43,383 bases of DNA from a virus. The notes under the pieces were generated by a model. The model saw only the letters and a list, made by a program, of their open reading frames with translations. It ran no database searches and was not told the origin of the DNA. The stretch is taken from positions 1 through 43,383 of IMG/VR virus record IMGVR_UViG_3300030620_000002. One strand, given 5' to 3'. A program made the position numbers and the translations under genes. This document shows, piece by piece, positions 17,298 to 24,471 of this stretch (within the stretch, counting starts at the first letter, position 1; each line of letters opens with the position of its first letter).

Positions 17298-18085
17298 TGT
17301 TCACCTCCGTGCTGCTGCCGCTCACCGTCAAGTCCGGGAGCGCGAACGAGTGGGAGAACCGCGAGCTGGCCGGGGGCTCGCCCTGCAGCGGGCTCACGCT
17401 GGCCACGGCGATGAGGTCCTCGGGGAACGACTGCGCATCGGCCCGCCGCTTCGACGGCCTCGACGGCGGCGTGGTGGGCCTCGTGTGCTACGTCGACGCC
17501 CTACCCCCCGCGGCGCGTTTCATCCGACCCACGGGCGGGGTCCGGGTCTCGAGCGTCACGAGCGAGGACAGTAGCGGCGACGAGACGGGCTCGCACGGCG
17601 TGCAAGCGGCGGACGGGACCAACGACGCCGGCGCGGCGCAAGACATCGGTGGAACGCAGGGCGCCCACATCGACACCCACACCGTCGACGAGAACCCGGA
17701 GGTCCGCCCGTGGCGCGAGGATGACTTCAGCGGTAGCGGCGCCGGCAACGTGGCCGTGGTGGTGTCCGCGGCGCGCCCGGCCTCGAACTACATCTACTTC
17801 CACCAGGTCCAGATCGCCGTGGACTGGGAGCGGGATCCGCAGCCCGGGATCTACGAGCTGATCGCGCCCTACCTGCCCCTGCCGCTCGCCGCGATCTTCG
17901 GGGGCCTGGCCCACGCTCGCGTCGACATGCGGGCCTTCGCCGGCGCCGTCTACCGGCTCTCGGAGCGCCGGCTCTGGTGGGACGCCGCCGAGGACCTGGC
18001 GCTCGAGCGGGAGCTGCGCGCGTACCGCTGGCCACGGGTCTTCGACCTCGGCGCGACGCGCCGTCGGCTACTGGTCGGGGCGTAG
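17297..18085 (+). CDS. Hypothetical tail-associated protein (262 aa), last gene of the + strand late block
   Basis: ATG 17297 overlaps the upstream TGA, in the frame of track ORF 16637..18085. Ordinary amino-acid composition. Confidence 0.5.
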   Translation: MFTSVLLPLTVKSGSANEWENRELAGGSPCSGLTLATAMRSSGNDCASARRFDGLDGGVVGLVCYVDALPPAARFIRPTGGVRVSSVTSEDSSGDETGSHGVQAADGTNDAGAAQDIGGTQGAHIDTHTVDENPEVRPWREDDFSGSGAGNVAVVVSAARPASNYIYFHQVQIAVDWERDPQPGIYELIAPYLPLPLAAIFGGLAHARVDMRAFAGAVYRLSERRLWWDAAEDLALERELRAYRWPRVFDLGATRRRLLVGA

Positions 18086-18337
18086 CTTGGGCTTGGGCCC
18101 GCGCGGGAGCGCACCCGGCGGCTCCCACCAGTAGTATGACTTGCACCGTGGGCACTTCCGCGGCGGGCTACAGCCCTTGCGGTGCGCACGCGGGACCCGG
18201 GCCGCTCCGTCCGCGCCCGTGACCACGAGGCAGTCGCACAGGGAGAGCCAGCGGTGATCGCAGCGGCGGCAAGCGCAGCGCCAGCCGCTGACCAGCACGG
18301 GCTCGGCGACGGGGGCGACGGTGGCCGAGCCCGTCAC
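18068..18337 (-). CDS. Zinc-ribbon small protein (start uncertain: GTG 18337 or 18298)
   Basis: WRCACRRCDHRW...PRKCPRCKSYYWWEPP provides two CxxC pairs. It is the last gene of a minus-strand trio. Confidence 0.45.
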   Translation of the reverse strand: MTGSATVAPVAEPVLVSGWRCACRRCDHRWLSLCDCLVVTGADGAARVPRAHRKGCSPPRKCPRCKSYYWWEPPGALPRGPKPKLRPDQ

Positions 18338-18368
18338 CGGCGATGCGCTCGCCAGGCGCGCGCGGCGA

Positions 18369-18713
18369 TCACCGGCCGGGCTCCGGCTCCCCGCGCTCAG
18401 CCCGGCGCCGCTCCGCTCGCCGCTCGGCAGCTCCGGCACCCTTGCGCCGCACGAACGGGCGCACGCTGACGTGCGTCACGATCGCCAGCTTGCCGTCCCT
18501 CGCGATCATCGCCCCGACGTCGACGCCGAGTCCCGCGGAGCGGGCGCGCCAGCTCTCCGCGCCCGTCCGGGAGTCGCCGCGCCGACGGGCCCCCAGGAGG
18601 AGACCCGTCAGCTCGCGGCGAGCCTCCTCGAAGCCCAGGTCGCGCGCGTCGGCGTAGGCGTCCGCCGCGGCCTGGGTGACGAGGATCTGGCCGGTCTCGC
18701 CGAGGGTGGTCAC
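18369..18713 (-). CDS. Hypothetical protein (114 aa)
   Basis: The GTG start overlaps the upstream stop as GTGA. ILVTQAAADAYADARDLGFEEARRELTGLL...DGKLAIVTHV has ordinary composition. Confidence 0.5.
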   Translation of the reverse strand: MTTLGETGQILVTQAAADAYADARDLGFEEARRELTGLLLGARRRGDSRTGAESWRARSAGLGVDVGAMIARDGKLAIVTHVSVRPFVRRKGAGAAERRAERRRAERGEPEPGR

Positions 18714-19036
18714 TCCTCCTCGTCCGCGTCGGGCGCAGCCGGCCCCCAGGAGTGGCTCGGGCGGTTCGTCGGCCCGTCGATCCCGTTGGCGAGGAGGAGA
18801 CCATTCTCCCGCAGCCGATCGAGCCAGCTCCGAGCGCTCTCAGTGCGGATCCGCCGCTCGATCCGAGCGAAGGTGGGGTCGTCGAGCCCCTTCTCCGCGG
18901 CTGCAGCCTCCAGCCGCTCGACCGCCAGGTCGCGCTCGATGCGGCTGGGGAACCACGTCCGATGCCCGTGGGGGTTGGACGCAGGGACGAAGAAGCGGCC
19001 GTTCTCGAATCCGTAGACCCTCGTGCTCTTGCTCAT
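18710..19036 (-). CDS. Hypothetical protein (108 aa), possible DNA-binding
   Basis: ATG 19036 has a GGAGG RBS 6 nt upstream. MSKSTRVYGFENGRFFVPASNPHGHRTWFPSRIERDLAVERLEAAAAEKG is weakly AP2-like. Confidence 0.55.
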   Translation of the reverse strand: MSKSTRVYGFENGRFFVPASNPHGHRTWFPSRIERDLAVERLEAAAAEKGLDDPTFARIERRIRTESARSWLDRLRENGLLLANGIDGPTNRPSHSWGPAAPDADEEE

Positions 19037-19087
19037 CTCGGCCTCCAGTGTTCCCGCGGCCCCTGCGGCCGCGTCCGACACTCAGAG

Positions 19088-19117
19088 ATTAGTACCCCCG
19101 GAGGGGCAGATTGTCAA
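19088..19117 (-). promoter_or_regulatory. Sigma70-like promoter TTGACA-18-ACTAAT for the 19036->18068 operon
   Basis: The reverse complement reads ccccTTGACAatctgcccctccgggggtACTAATctc. The -35 box overlaps the stop codon of the upstream lipoprotein gene. Confidence 0.45.
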
Positions 19118-19605
19118 GGGGAATCACCGCGCGACAGCCGGATCGCGGTCGTCGCCGCGTCCGCCGCGGCGACGACCGCGGCGGCAACCGCGAGGATCCG
19201 CCCCCAGCGCCGGGTGCCGGCGTCGTCGCTCTTGATCATGCTGTCGAGCCCCCAGAGGGCGGCGCCGTAGAGCGCGGGCTTCCCCGCCCAGCGCGCCGCG
19301 CGAGAGCGCATCAAGGGGTTGCCCTCGGCGAAGCCCGGCCTGGCGAGAGCGACCTCCGTCAGGACGCTCGCCGTCGTGGCGCCGGCAATGGTGACGCCCC
19401 GGGTCCAGCGGGCGAAGGCCCGGGCCTCGGCGAGCTGGTCGTGCGTGATGATCCGCTCGATCGCGATGTCGGCGCGATCGAGCGGGGCGGGTGGTCCGTT
19501 CAGCTCGGCGCTCTGGGCGGCCGCCAGGACGCCTCGCGAGGCTGGAGCGGGGGGATCAGCCAGGCTCTCGCCGCCCCCGCACGCCAGCAGCGCCAGCGCG
19601 GCCAT
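19114..19605 (-). CDS. Putative lipoprotein (163 aa)
   Basis: The internal ATG at 19605 gives MAALALLACGGGE, which contains a lipobox (LLAC). A GFAEGNPLM motif and a hydrophobic C-terminus are present. The track ORF extends to 19761, but that extension is Arg-rich. Confidence 0.6.
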   Translation of the reverse strand: MAALALLACGGGESLADPPAPASRGVLAAAQSAELNGPPAPLDRADIAIERIITHDQLAEARAFARWTRGVTIAGATTASVLTEVALARPGFAEGNPLMRSRAARWAGKPALYGAALWGLDSMIKSDDAGTRRWGRILAVAAAVVAAADAATTAIRLSRGDSP

Positions 19606-19877
19606 CTGGGCCGTTGCCCAGGCGTTGCCCCCAAAGCGGCGGCCCGGAGGAGCTTGACGGCCGTGCCTACAAGTCGCTGTGGATTGGTGGTTTGCGTCGA
19701 CGACTCGTGCCGACTCGGAATCTCTATCAGGACCGCCTCTTCTGTTACCGTGTATCAGCATCGCCGTGACCTCCTATGCAGTCGTTCCTCATCAACAACA
19801 TACGTCCCTGGACGGCGATGTGGTAGCATAGAATTGCATCGCAGGCGTTGCCCGGCCGTTGCCCAGGAGAAGGCCCC
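19606..19877. other. attP candidate: low-GC intergenic region flanked by CGTTGCCC repeats, next to int
   Basis: GGCCGTTGCCCAGG occurs at 19609-19622 and 19854-19867. GCGTTGCCC occurs at 19623-19631 and 19845-19853. The sequence between them is visibly AT-richer than the rest of the genome. Confidence 0.35.
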
Positions 19878-21068
19878 ATGAAGGACAGGATCACCCTCAA
19901 GGCGCTCGCGGAGCTGCAGCTCGGCCAGACGGTCTGGGACACGGAGCAGCTCGGGTTCGGGGCCCGCCGGCGGAAGGGCGGGGTCTTCTTCGTCTTCAAG
20001 GTGCAGCGGCGGGGGAAGGCGGACTGGGTCCCCCTCGGGCGCCTCGGCGACGTCACCCTCGACGACGCCCGCAAGGCGGCCGCCAGGGAGCGAGGCATCG
20101 TCGCCCTGGGCGGCCGCCCCGGCGCCTGGCGCCGCACCCCCACCCTGAAGCACTTCGGGGCCCGCTACCTGCGGGAGGCGGCGTCGGCCACGAAGGCCCT
20201 GTCCTACGCCTGGACCGAGCGCGCGCTGCGTCTCCACCTCTACCCCGCGCTCGGGCACCTCCGGCTCGACGAGATCACGGCGCATGACGTGACGCGGCTC
20301 AAGGATCGCTACGCGACGCGGAAGGGGGCGTTCAACAACGCCCGCCGGGCCCTGAGCATGCTCTACGCGAAGGCGATCGAGTGGCGCGAGCTCTCCGCGG
20401 ACTGGCCGTCGCCGTGCCGCTACGTCGCCTCCTATGCGATGCCGAAGCACGAGCGCTACCTGTCGCAGAAGGAGCTCGCGGGCCTCGGCGCCGCGCTGGC
20501 CACCCACGCGCAGCAGGGCCCGGCCGCGGCCCTGGTGGTGGCGGCCGTCCGGCTGATGATCTTCACCGGTGCTCGTCGTGACGAGGTCCGCTTCCTTCGC
20601 TGGGGCGAGGTGGGCCCCACCGCCCTCCACCTGAGTGACACCGCCGCGGGCCCGCGATCGGGCCTGAAGACGGGCGCGAAGCCGATCAGCCTGAACCCGC
20701 CTGCGGCCCAGCTCCTGGCCGCGCTCGAGCGCCGCGGCGACGAGGACCTGGTCTTCGAGTCACCGCTCCGGCCGGGTCACCCCGTGGCGCTGCACCAGGC
20801 CTGGGACCAGATCCGGCGCGCGGCCGGCCTGAAGGATGTCCGCCTGCACGACCTCCGCCACTCGTTCGCCTCGGTCGCCGTGGCAACGGGCCACTCGCTC
20901 TACGTCACCGGCGCCCTCCTCGGCCACCGCAACTCCAGGACCACGGAGCGGTACGCCCACCTGAGCGCGGACCCGCTCGCGGCCGCCAGCGCCGCGGTCG
21001 CCCGCCGGATCCAGACCGCCCTCGAGGCAGGCGAGGGGGAGGCGAAGGCGAAGGGCGGGGCGAGCTAG
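19878..21068 (+). CDS. int: Tyrosine recombinase/integrase, P4-like (DUF4102-type N-terminus)
   Basis: AGGAGAAGG RBS. The N-terminus reads LKALAELQLGQTVWDTEQLGFGARRRKGGVFFVFKVQRRGK. The catalytic motifs are TGARRDEV, HDLRHSFAS, LGHRNSRTTERYAHL. Confidence 0.93.
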   Translation: MKDRITLKALAELQLGQTVWDTEQLGFGARRRKGGVFFVFKVQRRGKADWVPLGRLGDVTLDDARKAAARERGIVALGGRPGAWRRTPTLKHFGARYLREAASATKALSYAWTERALRLHLYPALGHLRLDEITAHDVTRLKDRYATRKGAFNNARRALSMLYAKAIEWRELSADWPSPCRYVASYAMPKHERYLSQKELAGLGAALATHAQQGPAAALVVAAVRLMIFTGARRDEVRFLRWGEVGPTALHLSDTAAGPRSGLKTGAKPISLNPPAAQLLAALERRGDEDLVFESPLRPGHPVALHQAWDQIRRAAGLKDVRLHDLRHSFASVAVATGHSLYVTGALLGHRNSRTTERYAHLSADPLAAASAAVARRIQTALEAGEGEAKAKGGAS

Positions 21069-21073
21069 TGTAG

Positions 21074-21793
21074 CTAGGAAGGCTCGCGGTCGAGGACCTT
21101 GTTCCGCTCGATGTCGCCGCGGCTCTGGCCCCGGACCGCAGGCGCCACGTCGCCAGACGACGTCGCCCACGTGCCGCAGTCGTCGTCGGTGTAGAAGCCC
21201 ACGTCACCCGCCTGGATCTCAACCAGTTGCGCGCCCCCGTCTCCGACGAAATCGTTCGCGATGATCGCTCGCAGCGTGCCGTCGAAGTTGGCGAGGCGCT
21301 CCCAGTAGCAGGCCGCGCCGGCGTCCACCCGATAGAGGCCCGGGGCGACTTGCGCGCCGACGAGCCAGCGGCCAGGGGGGATCCCGACCTGCATCCCCTC
21401 GCGCGGCTCCGCGAACCAGTCGCCGCAGTCGCCGTCGCCCTCGAAGGCGAAATCGGAGGCGAGAATGTCGACGATCTCCTGTGGGGAGTCGAAGCCCACG
21501 AAGGTGTTCGCCAGCACGTCGTCCAGGGTGCCACCGGCGCCACTTTGGCGCTCCCAGTAGCAGCCACTCTCCGGATCCGCGAAGTAGCGTCCCGCGTCGA
21601 TGTCGGCCCCGACGAGGTGCTGGCCGGGGCTGAAGGCGGCGAGTTCCGGCGTGGGGGTCGGAGCCGGCGTGGGGGCGGGCGTCGCCTGGCTGGCCCCTGT
21701 CGGCGAGTCGCTGCCGCCGCCACAGCCCACCACCGCGCAGCATGTCCCAGCAGCGATCAGCCACCAGATCTTGCGACCGTCGTTCATTCTCAT
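21074..21793 (-). CDS. Secreted lipoprotein with two tandem ~75-aa repeats
   Basis: Lipobox AVVGCGG, a Pro/Thr linker, then two repeats that each carry G.Y....CYWER...GTL..I.AN.FVG....CG.W. GAGGAGG RBS. Confidence 0.75.
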   Translation of the reverse strand: MRMNDGRKIWWLIAAGTCCAVVGCGGGSDSPTGASQATPAPTPAPTPTPELAAFSPGQHLVGADIDAGRYFADPESGCYWERQSGAGGTLDDVLANTFVGFDSPQEIVDILASDFAFEGDGDCGDWFAEPREGMQVGIPPGRWLVGAQVAPGLYRVDAGAACYWERLANFDGTLRAIIANDFVGDGGAQLVEIQAGDVGFYTDDDCGTWATSSGDVAPAVRGQSRGDIERNKVLDREPS

Positions 21794-21815
21794 GGCTTCA
21801 GCCTCCTCATCCTGA

Positions 21816-21880
21816 ACGGACCTCTACCAACGGGAACGCACGAGGGTCGCGGTTCGAACGGCGGGCCCGGGCGGGACCTG
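21816..21880 (-). repeat. Conserved upstream element, copy A (5' of the lipoprotein gene)
   Basis: acggacctct...aacgcacgagggtcgcggttcgaacggcgggcccgggcgggacctg is about 80% identical to 22874-22947. Confidence 0.5.
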
Positions 21881-21892
21881 GGGCGAGGCGAG

Positions 21893-22435
21893 CTAGGGGC
21901 TACAGGGCTCGCGCGTGTTCACGTCCTGGAACAGCGTGCGCGTGACCTGGATCGCACTCACCCAACCCACAGACTGATCCAGGGGGCTCCGCACCTGGTA
22001 CTGGTCGCCCTGTTTGGCGAGGATCATGGCGCGCGAGCCGGGGCGCATCTCGCCGACCTTCCGCTGCTTCTCTGGGCTGTTCCACAGGTTGATCTTGTGG
22101 TTCTGTGCGACCCACAGCGGCGGTCGATCCAACTCGCGAGCCCACCACTCGAGGGACTTGAGCTCCACGTGCTCGGCGCAGGGGTTCGGGGTCGGCGTCG
22201 GTGCGGCGGCCGCGGTCGTTGGCGGTGTCACGGGCGTCGGCCTGGCCGCGGGCGCCGGCGGCGGTGCCGACGGCCAGGTGAGGGCGCCGACGAGATACAA
22301 GCCCACGGCGAGGACCAGTAGTGCCGCGCAGCCGCCGGCGACACAGCCGGTCCTCTGCCGCAGCTTCCTCCCACAGTTGGGGCAGCTAGCGGCGCTCTTC
22401 GAGAGGTCCTTGCCGCAATCCGGACACTTGGTCAT
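21893..22435 (-). CDS. Zinc-ribbon / transmembrane / SH3-like domain protein (180 aa)
   Basis: CPDCGKDLSKSAASCPNCG, then a TM segment (GCAALLVLAVGLYLVGAL), a Pro/Thr/Ala linker and an SH3b-like C-terminus (GSRAMILAKQGDQYQVRSPLDQSVGWVSAIQV). Confidence 0.7.
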   Translation of the reverse strand: MTKCPDCGKDLSKSAASCPNCGRKLRQRTGCVAGGCAALLVLAVGLYLVGALTWPSAPPPAPAARPTPVTPPTTAAAAPTPTPNPCAEHVELKSLEWWARELDRPPLWVAQNHKINLWNSPEKQRKVGEMRPGSRAMILAKQGDQYQVRSPLDQSVGWVSAIQVTRTLFQDVNTREPCSP

Positions 22436-22502
22436 GGGAGACCCACCCCCTCAGGTGGCCGGCACCCGCTCGCCCGCCGCGGAGGGCGCGGCCTCAGTGT
22501 GT

Positions 22503-22814
22503 TCACCGTTCGCACAGCTTCAGCGCGCGCTCGATCAGCGGGCCGATGTTCTTTCGGGTTCCTGGTATCGAAGGGTTGTGTGCCCACACGGGCTCGATCC
22601 CGGGATAGCCGTGGTGTTTCGCCAGCCCGTTGAGCGCGTACCGCCGGCCGTCGACTAGCGCCACCGCGACCGGGATGCCTTTGCTCTGGGGATCGCACTC
22701 CAGCCGCGCCGAAGGGCTCGTGAGGGGCCACGCGGCGCCCAGTCCGGAGCTTGTCACGAGGTGCCCTTCTACATCCTCGGCGGGTGGACTCATGAACGAG
22801 TCGATCCCCTGCAA
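22503..22814 (-). CDS. Hypothetical protein (103 aa as called; true N-terminus probably further upstream)
   Basis: The TTG-start ORF has ordinary composition (VALVDGRRYALNGLAKHHGYPGIEPVW). The in-frame upstream codons encode a hydrophobic segment but lack an ATG, GTG or TTG start. Confidence 0.5.
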   Translation of the reverse strand: MQGIDSFMSPPAEDVEGHLVTSSGLGAAWPLTSPSARLECDPQSKGIPVAVALVDGRRYALNGLAKHHGYPGIEPVWAHNPSIPGTRKNIGPLIERALKLCER

Positions 22815-22873
22815 GGCCGCCCAGAAGAGAGGGCCGCCCCAAAACCAGAGTCCGACACCCAGAGCGAGGCTTC

Positions 22874-22947
22874 ACGGGACCTCTCCTCTGGAGGGTAACG
22901 CACGAGGGGCGCGATCCGAACAGAACGCCGGCCCCGGGAGGAACCTG
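22874..22947 (-). repeat. Conserved upstream element, copy B
   Basis: acgggacctct...aacgcacgaggggcgcgatccgaacagaacgccggccccgggaggaacctg is a diverged copy of 21816-21880. Confidence 0.5.
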
Positions 22948-22950
22948 CGG

Positions 22951-22977
22951 GCACCCTGACGCCATACGTCAGGGTGC
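22951..22977. terminator. Perfect 11-bp stem hairpin gcaccctgacg-ccata-cgtcagggtgc (possible terminator or operator)
   Basis: Read directly. It lies 39 nt downstream of the minus-strand RHH gene stop. There is no U-tract on either strand. Confidence 0.4.
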
Positions 22978-23015
22978 GGCCGACAGTCTCCCGTGCCCGT
23001 CCGCCCTCCCGGGAC

Positions 23016-23198
23016 CTAACCGCCGCGCTTCCTGAGGTACTCGTCGATTGCTTCAGTCACGACCGCTGCCCGCTTTCGTCGGAGATCGTGCTCGACCTCG
23101 TAGTGGCCGAGGCGCTTCGCGATCGCTGCCGGGATGCGGACGTTGAGCTGCTGCCGCGGGGCCGCCCCGGCTTCCCGGGGTTTCTTTGGTCGAGCCAT
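23016..23198 (-). CDS. Ribbon-helix-helix (CopG/Arc-like) DNA-binding protein, candidate repressor
   Basis: MARPKKPREAGAAPRQQLNVRIPAAIAKRLGHYEVEHDLRRKRAAVVTEAIDEYLRK follows the RHH pattern. It is divergent from the early operon. Confidence 0.7.
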   Translation of the reverse strand: MARPKKPREAGAAPRQQLNVRIPAAIAKRLGHYEVEHDLRRKRAAVVTEAIDEYLRKRGG

Positions 23199-23205
23199 CG
23201 AAGCA

Positions 23206-23234
23206 AGCCTAGCAGCGGCCCATGGTGATAGCAA
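23206..23234 (-). promoter_or_regulatory. Promoter TTGCTA-17-TAGGCT for the RHH gene, positioned for a leaderless mRNA
   Basis: The reverse complement reads TTGCTAtcaccatgggccgctgcTAGGCTtgcttcgATG, with 7 nt between the -10 box and the ATG. Confidence 0.45.
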
Positions 23235-23245
23235 GGGGTTTATCC

Positions 23246-23274
23246 TTGACGGTCGCCTGATAGCAAGCTAGCAT
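23246..23274 (+). promoter_or_regulatory. Early promoter TTGACG-17-TAGCAT, positioned for a leaderless or near-leaderless mRNA
   Basis: TTGACGgtcgcctgatagcaagcTAGCATctagggaaATG, with 8 nt between the -10 box and the ATG at 23283. Confidence 0.55.
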
Positions 23275-23282
23275 CTAGGGAA

Positions 23283-23840
23283 ATGGCTGCGGAAGGCATC
23301 GAGATCCAGAGGGTCGTGAACGCACTGCTGCGCTGGCGCGGCAACGTGAAGGCGGCCGCGGACGAGCTGGGGATCCGGCGGAAGAGCCTCTATGAGCGCA
23401 TCCAGCGCGCCGGCATCGACCTCCAGGCGATCCGCCATGCGTCCCCCTCCGTGAGCGAGTTCCGGGGCATGCCCCGTATGCCCCCCGTGCCCCGGGACAT
23501 GTCCCGTGAGGGGGTGACCCGTAGTGTCCCGAAATCTGCTAGTGCCCCGTACCAAAGCACGCCTCAGGGGCCTACCGTGACGGGCATGCAGCAGGCCACC
23601 GCGGAACCACCCTTCGCACCGTCGCACAGCAAGCCGCGACTCCCGCGCGTCCTGCCCCGCGACCAGGAGCGGCTCCGCGCCGCCAAGATCGAGATCATCG
23701 CCCGCTTCCGCATCGAGACCGACGAGCAGGCGATCCACGACCAGTTCATGGCGGAGGCGTTCGACGGCTGGCTCGAGGACAAGCTGGCGGTCGAGGGTGC
23801 CCGTCCGGCGGAGCGGCCGCAGCGGAAGAAGGCCCCGTGA
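23283..23840 (+). CDS. Fis-type HTH (HTH_8) regulator, first gene of the early operon (185 aa)
   Basis: VNALLRWRGNVKAAADELGIRRKSLYERIQRAGIDL is a Fis/NtrC-type HTH. Confidence 0.7.
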   Translation: MAAEGIEIQRVVNALLRWRGNVKAAADELGIRRKSLYERIQRAGIDLQAIRHASPSVSEFRGMPRMPPVPRDMSREGVTRSVPKSASAPYQSTPQGPTVTGMQQATAEPPFAPSHSKPRLPRVLPRDQERLRAAKIEIIARFRIETDEQAIHDQFMAEAFDGWLEDKLAVEGARPAERPQRKKAP

Positions 23841-24220
23841 CGAGCCTCCAGGCGCAGCGGGCCGAGGACAGGACCGGCGACCCGACGGGCGCGCCGCGCC
23901 GCCCCGCCGAGCTCCGGGCCCTGGCGCACGATCATCTCGTCGAGGCGCGCCGGTACGAGATGGAGGCGCAGGAGCTGTTCGCCGAAGCCGCGCGGCTGGA
24001 GAGTAGCCAGGCGCTCGAGGCTCGGCTCTCGCCCGACGATGCGGCGGCGTTCCTGCGCGTGAAGCGGGGGACGCTCAACGCCTGGCGCCGGAACGGGCGT
24101 GGGCCGCGCTACGTCATGGTGGGGACGAAGATCACCTACCTCCGGGCCGACCTGGAGAGCTGGCTCCAGAGCCGCCGGATCGGCAGCACGGCCGAGCGGC
24201 GCGACCTGGGGGCGCAGTGA
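23837..24220 (+). CDS. Excisionase/MerR-type HTH (HTH_17) protein
   Basis: LSPDDAAAFLRVKRGTLNAWRRNGRGPRYVMVGTKITYLRADLESWL matches the Xis/AlpA-type pattern. GTGA coupling to the upstream gene. Confidence 0.65.
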   Translation: MTSLQAQRAEDRTGDPTGAPRRPAELRALAHDHLVEARRYEMEAQELFAEAARLESSQALEARLSPDDAAAFLRVKRGTLNAWRRNGRGPRYVMVGTKITYLRADLESWLQSRRIGSTAERRDLGAQ

Positions 24221-24471
24221 GCCAACCCCTGGGCGACCTGTTCCGCGCGCCGCAGCCCACGCCACTGCAGAAGGCGATCGGCGAGGCGGCGACGACGCTC
24301 AGCGTCCTGGGGCCCCTGACGGGCGCCGTGTACCACTCCACGCCGGCGCTCCAGTTGCGCATCCTCGACGAGATCCAGAACGCGCTGGTGAAGGCCGCCG
24401 GGCAGATCGCCGAGGCGCGGTGCGTCGTCGAGGCGGGGATCGAGCGCGAGCTCGCGGGGCCGTCCCGGTGA
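24217..24471 (+). CDS. Hypothetical protein (84 aa)
   Basis: GTG start coupled to the upstream stop. Ordinary composition. Confidence 0.5.
   Translation: MSQPLGDLFRAPQPTPLQKAIGEAATTLSVLGPLTGAVYHSTPALQLRILDEIQNALVKAAGQIAEARCVVEAGIERELAGPSR

Noticed and set aside
21061-21086. A short palindrome (agcta-gtg-tagct within cgagc...gctcg) between the convergent int and lipoprotein genes, considered as a bidirectional terminator.
   Set aside because: The stems are only 5 bp, no U-tracts are present, and the element overlaps both stop codons. The evidence is too weak to call.
21840-21875. A tRNA-like string (gggtcgcggttcgaacggcgggcccg), considered as a tRNA gene or fragment.
   Set aside because: No complementary T-stem, no acceptor or anticodon arms, and no CCA context can be drawn. 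At most it is a degraded relic. It is kept only as a remark under the repeat finding.
22432-22965. 177-aa minus-strand ORF overlapping the 103-aa gene.
   Set aside because: It has an Arg/Pro/Gly-rich off-frame composition. Only its first few codons (the GTG at 22875 with an RBS) are potentially meaningful, as the possible true start of the neighbouring frame.
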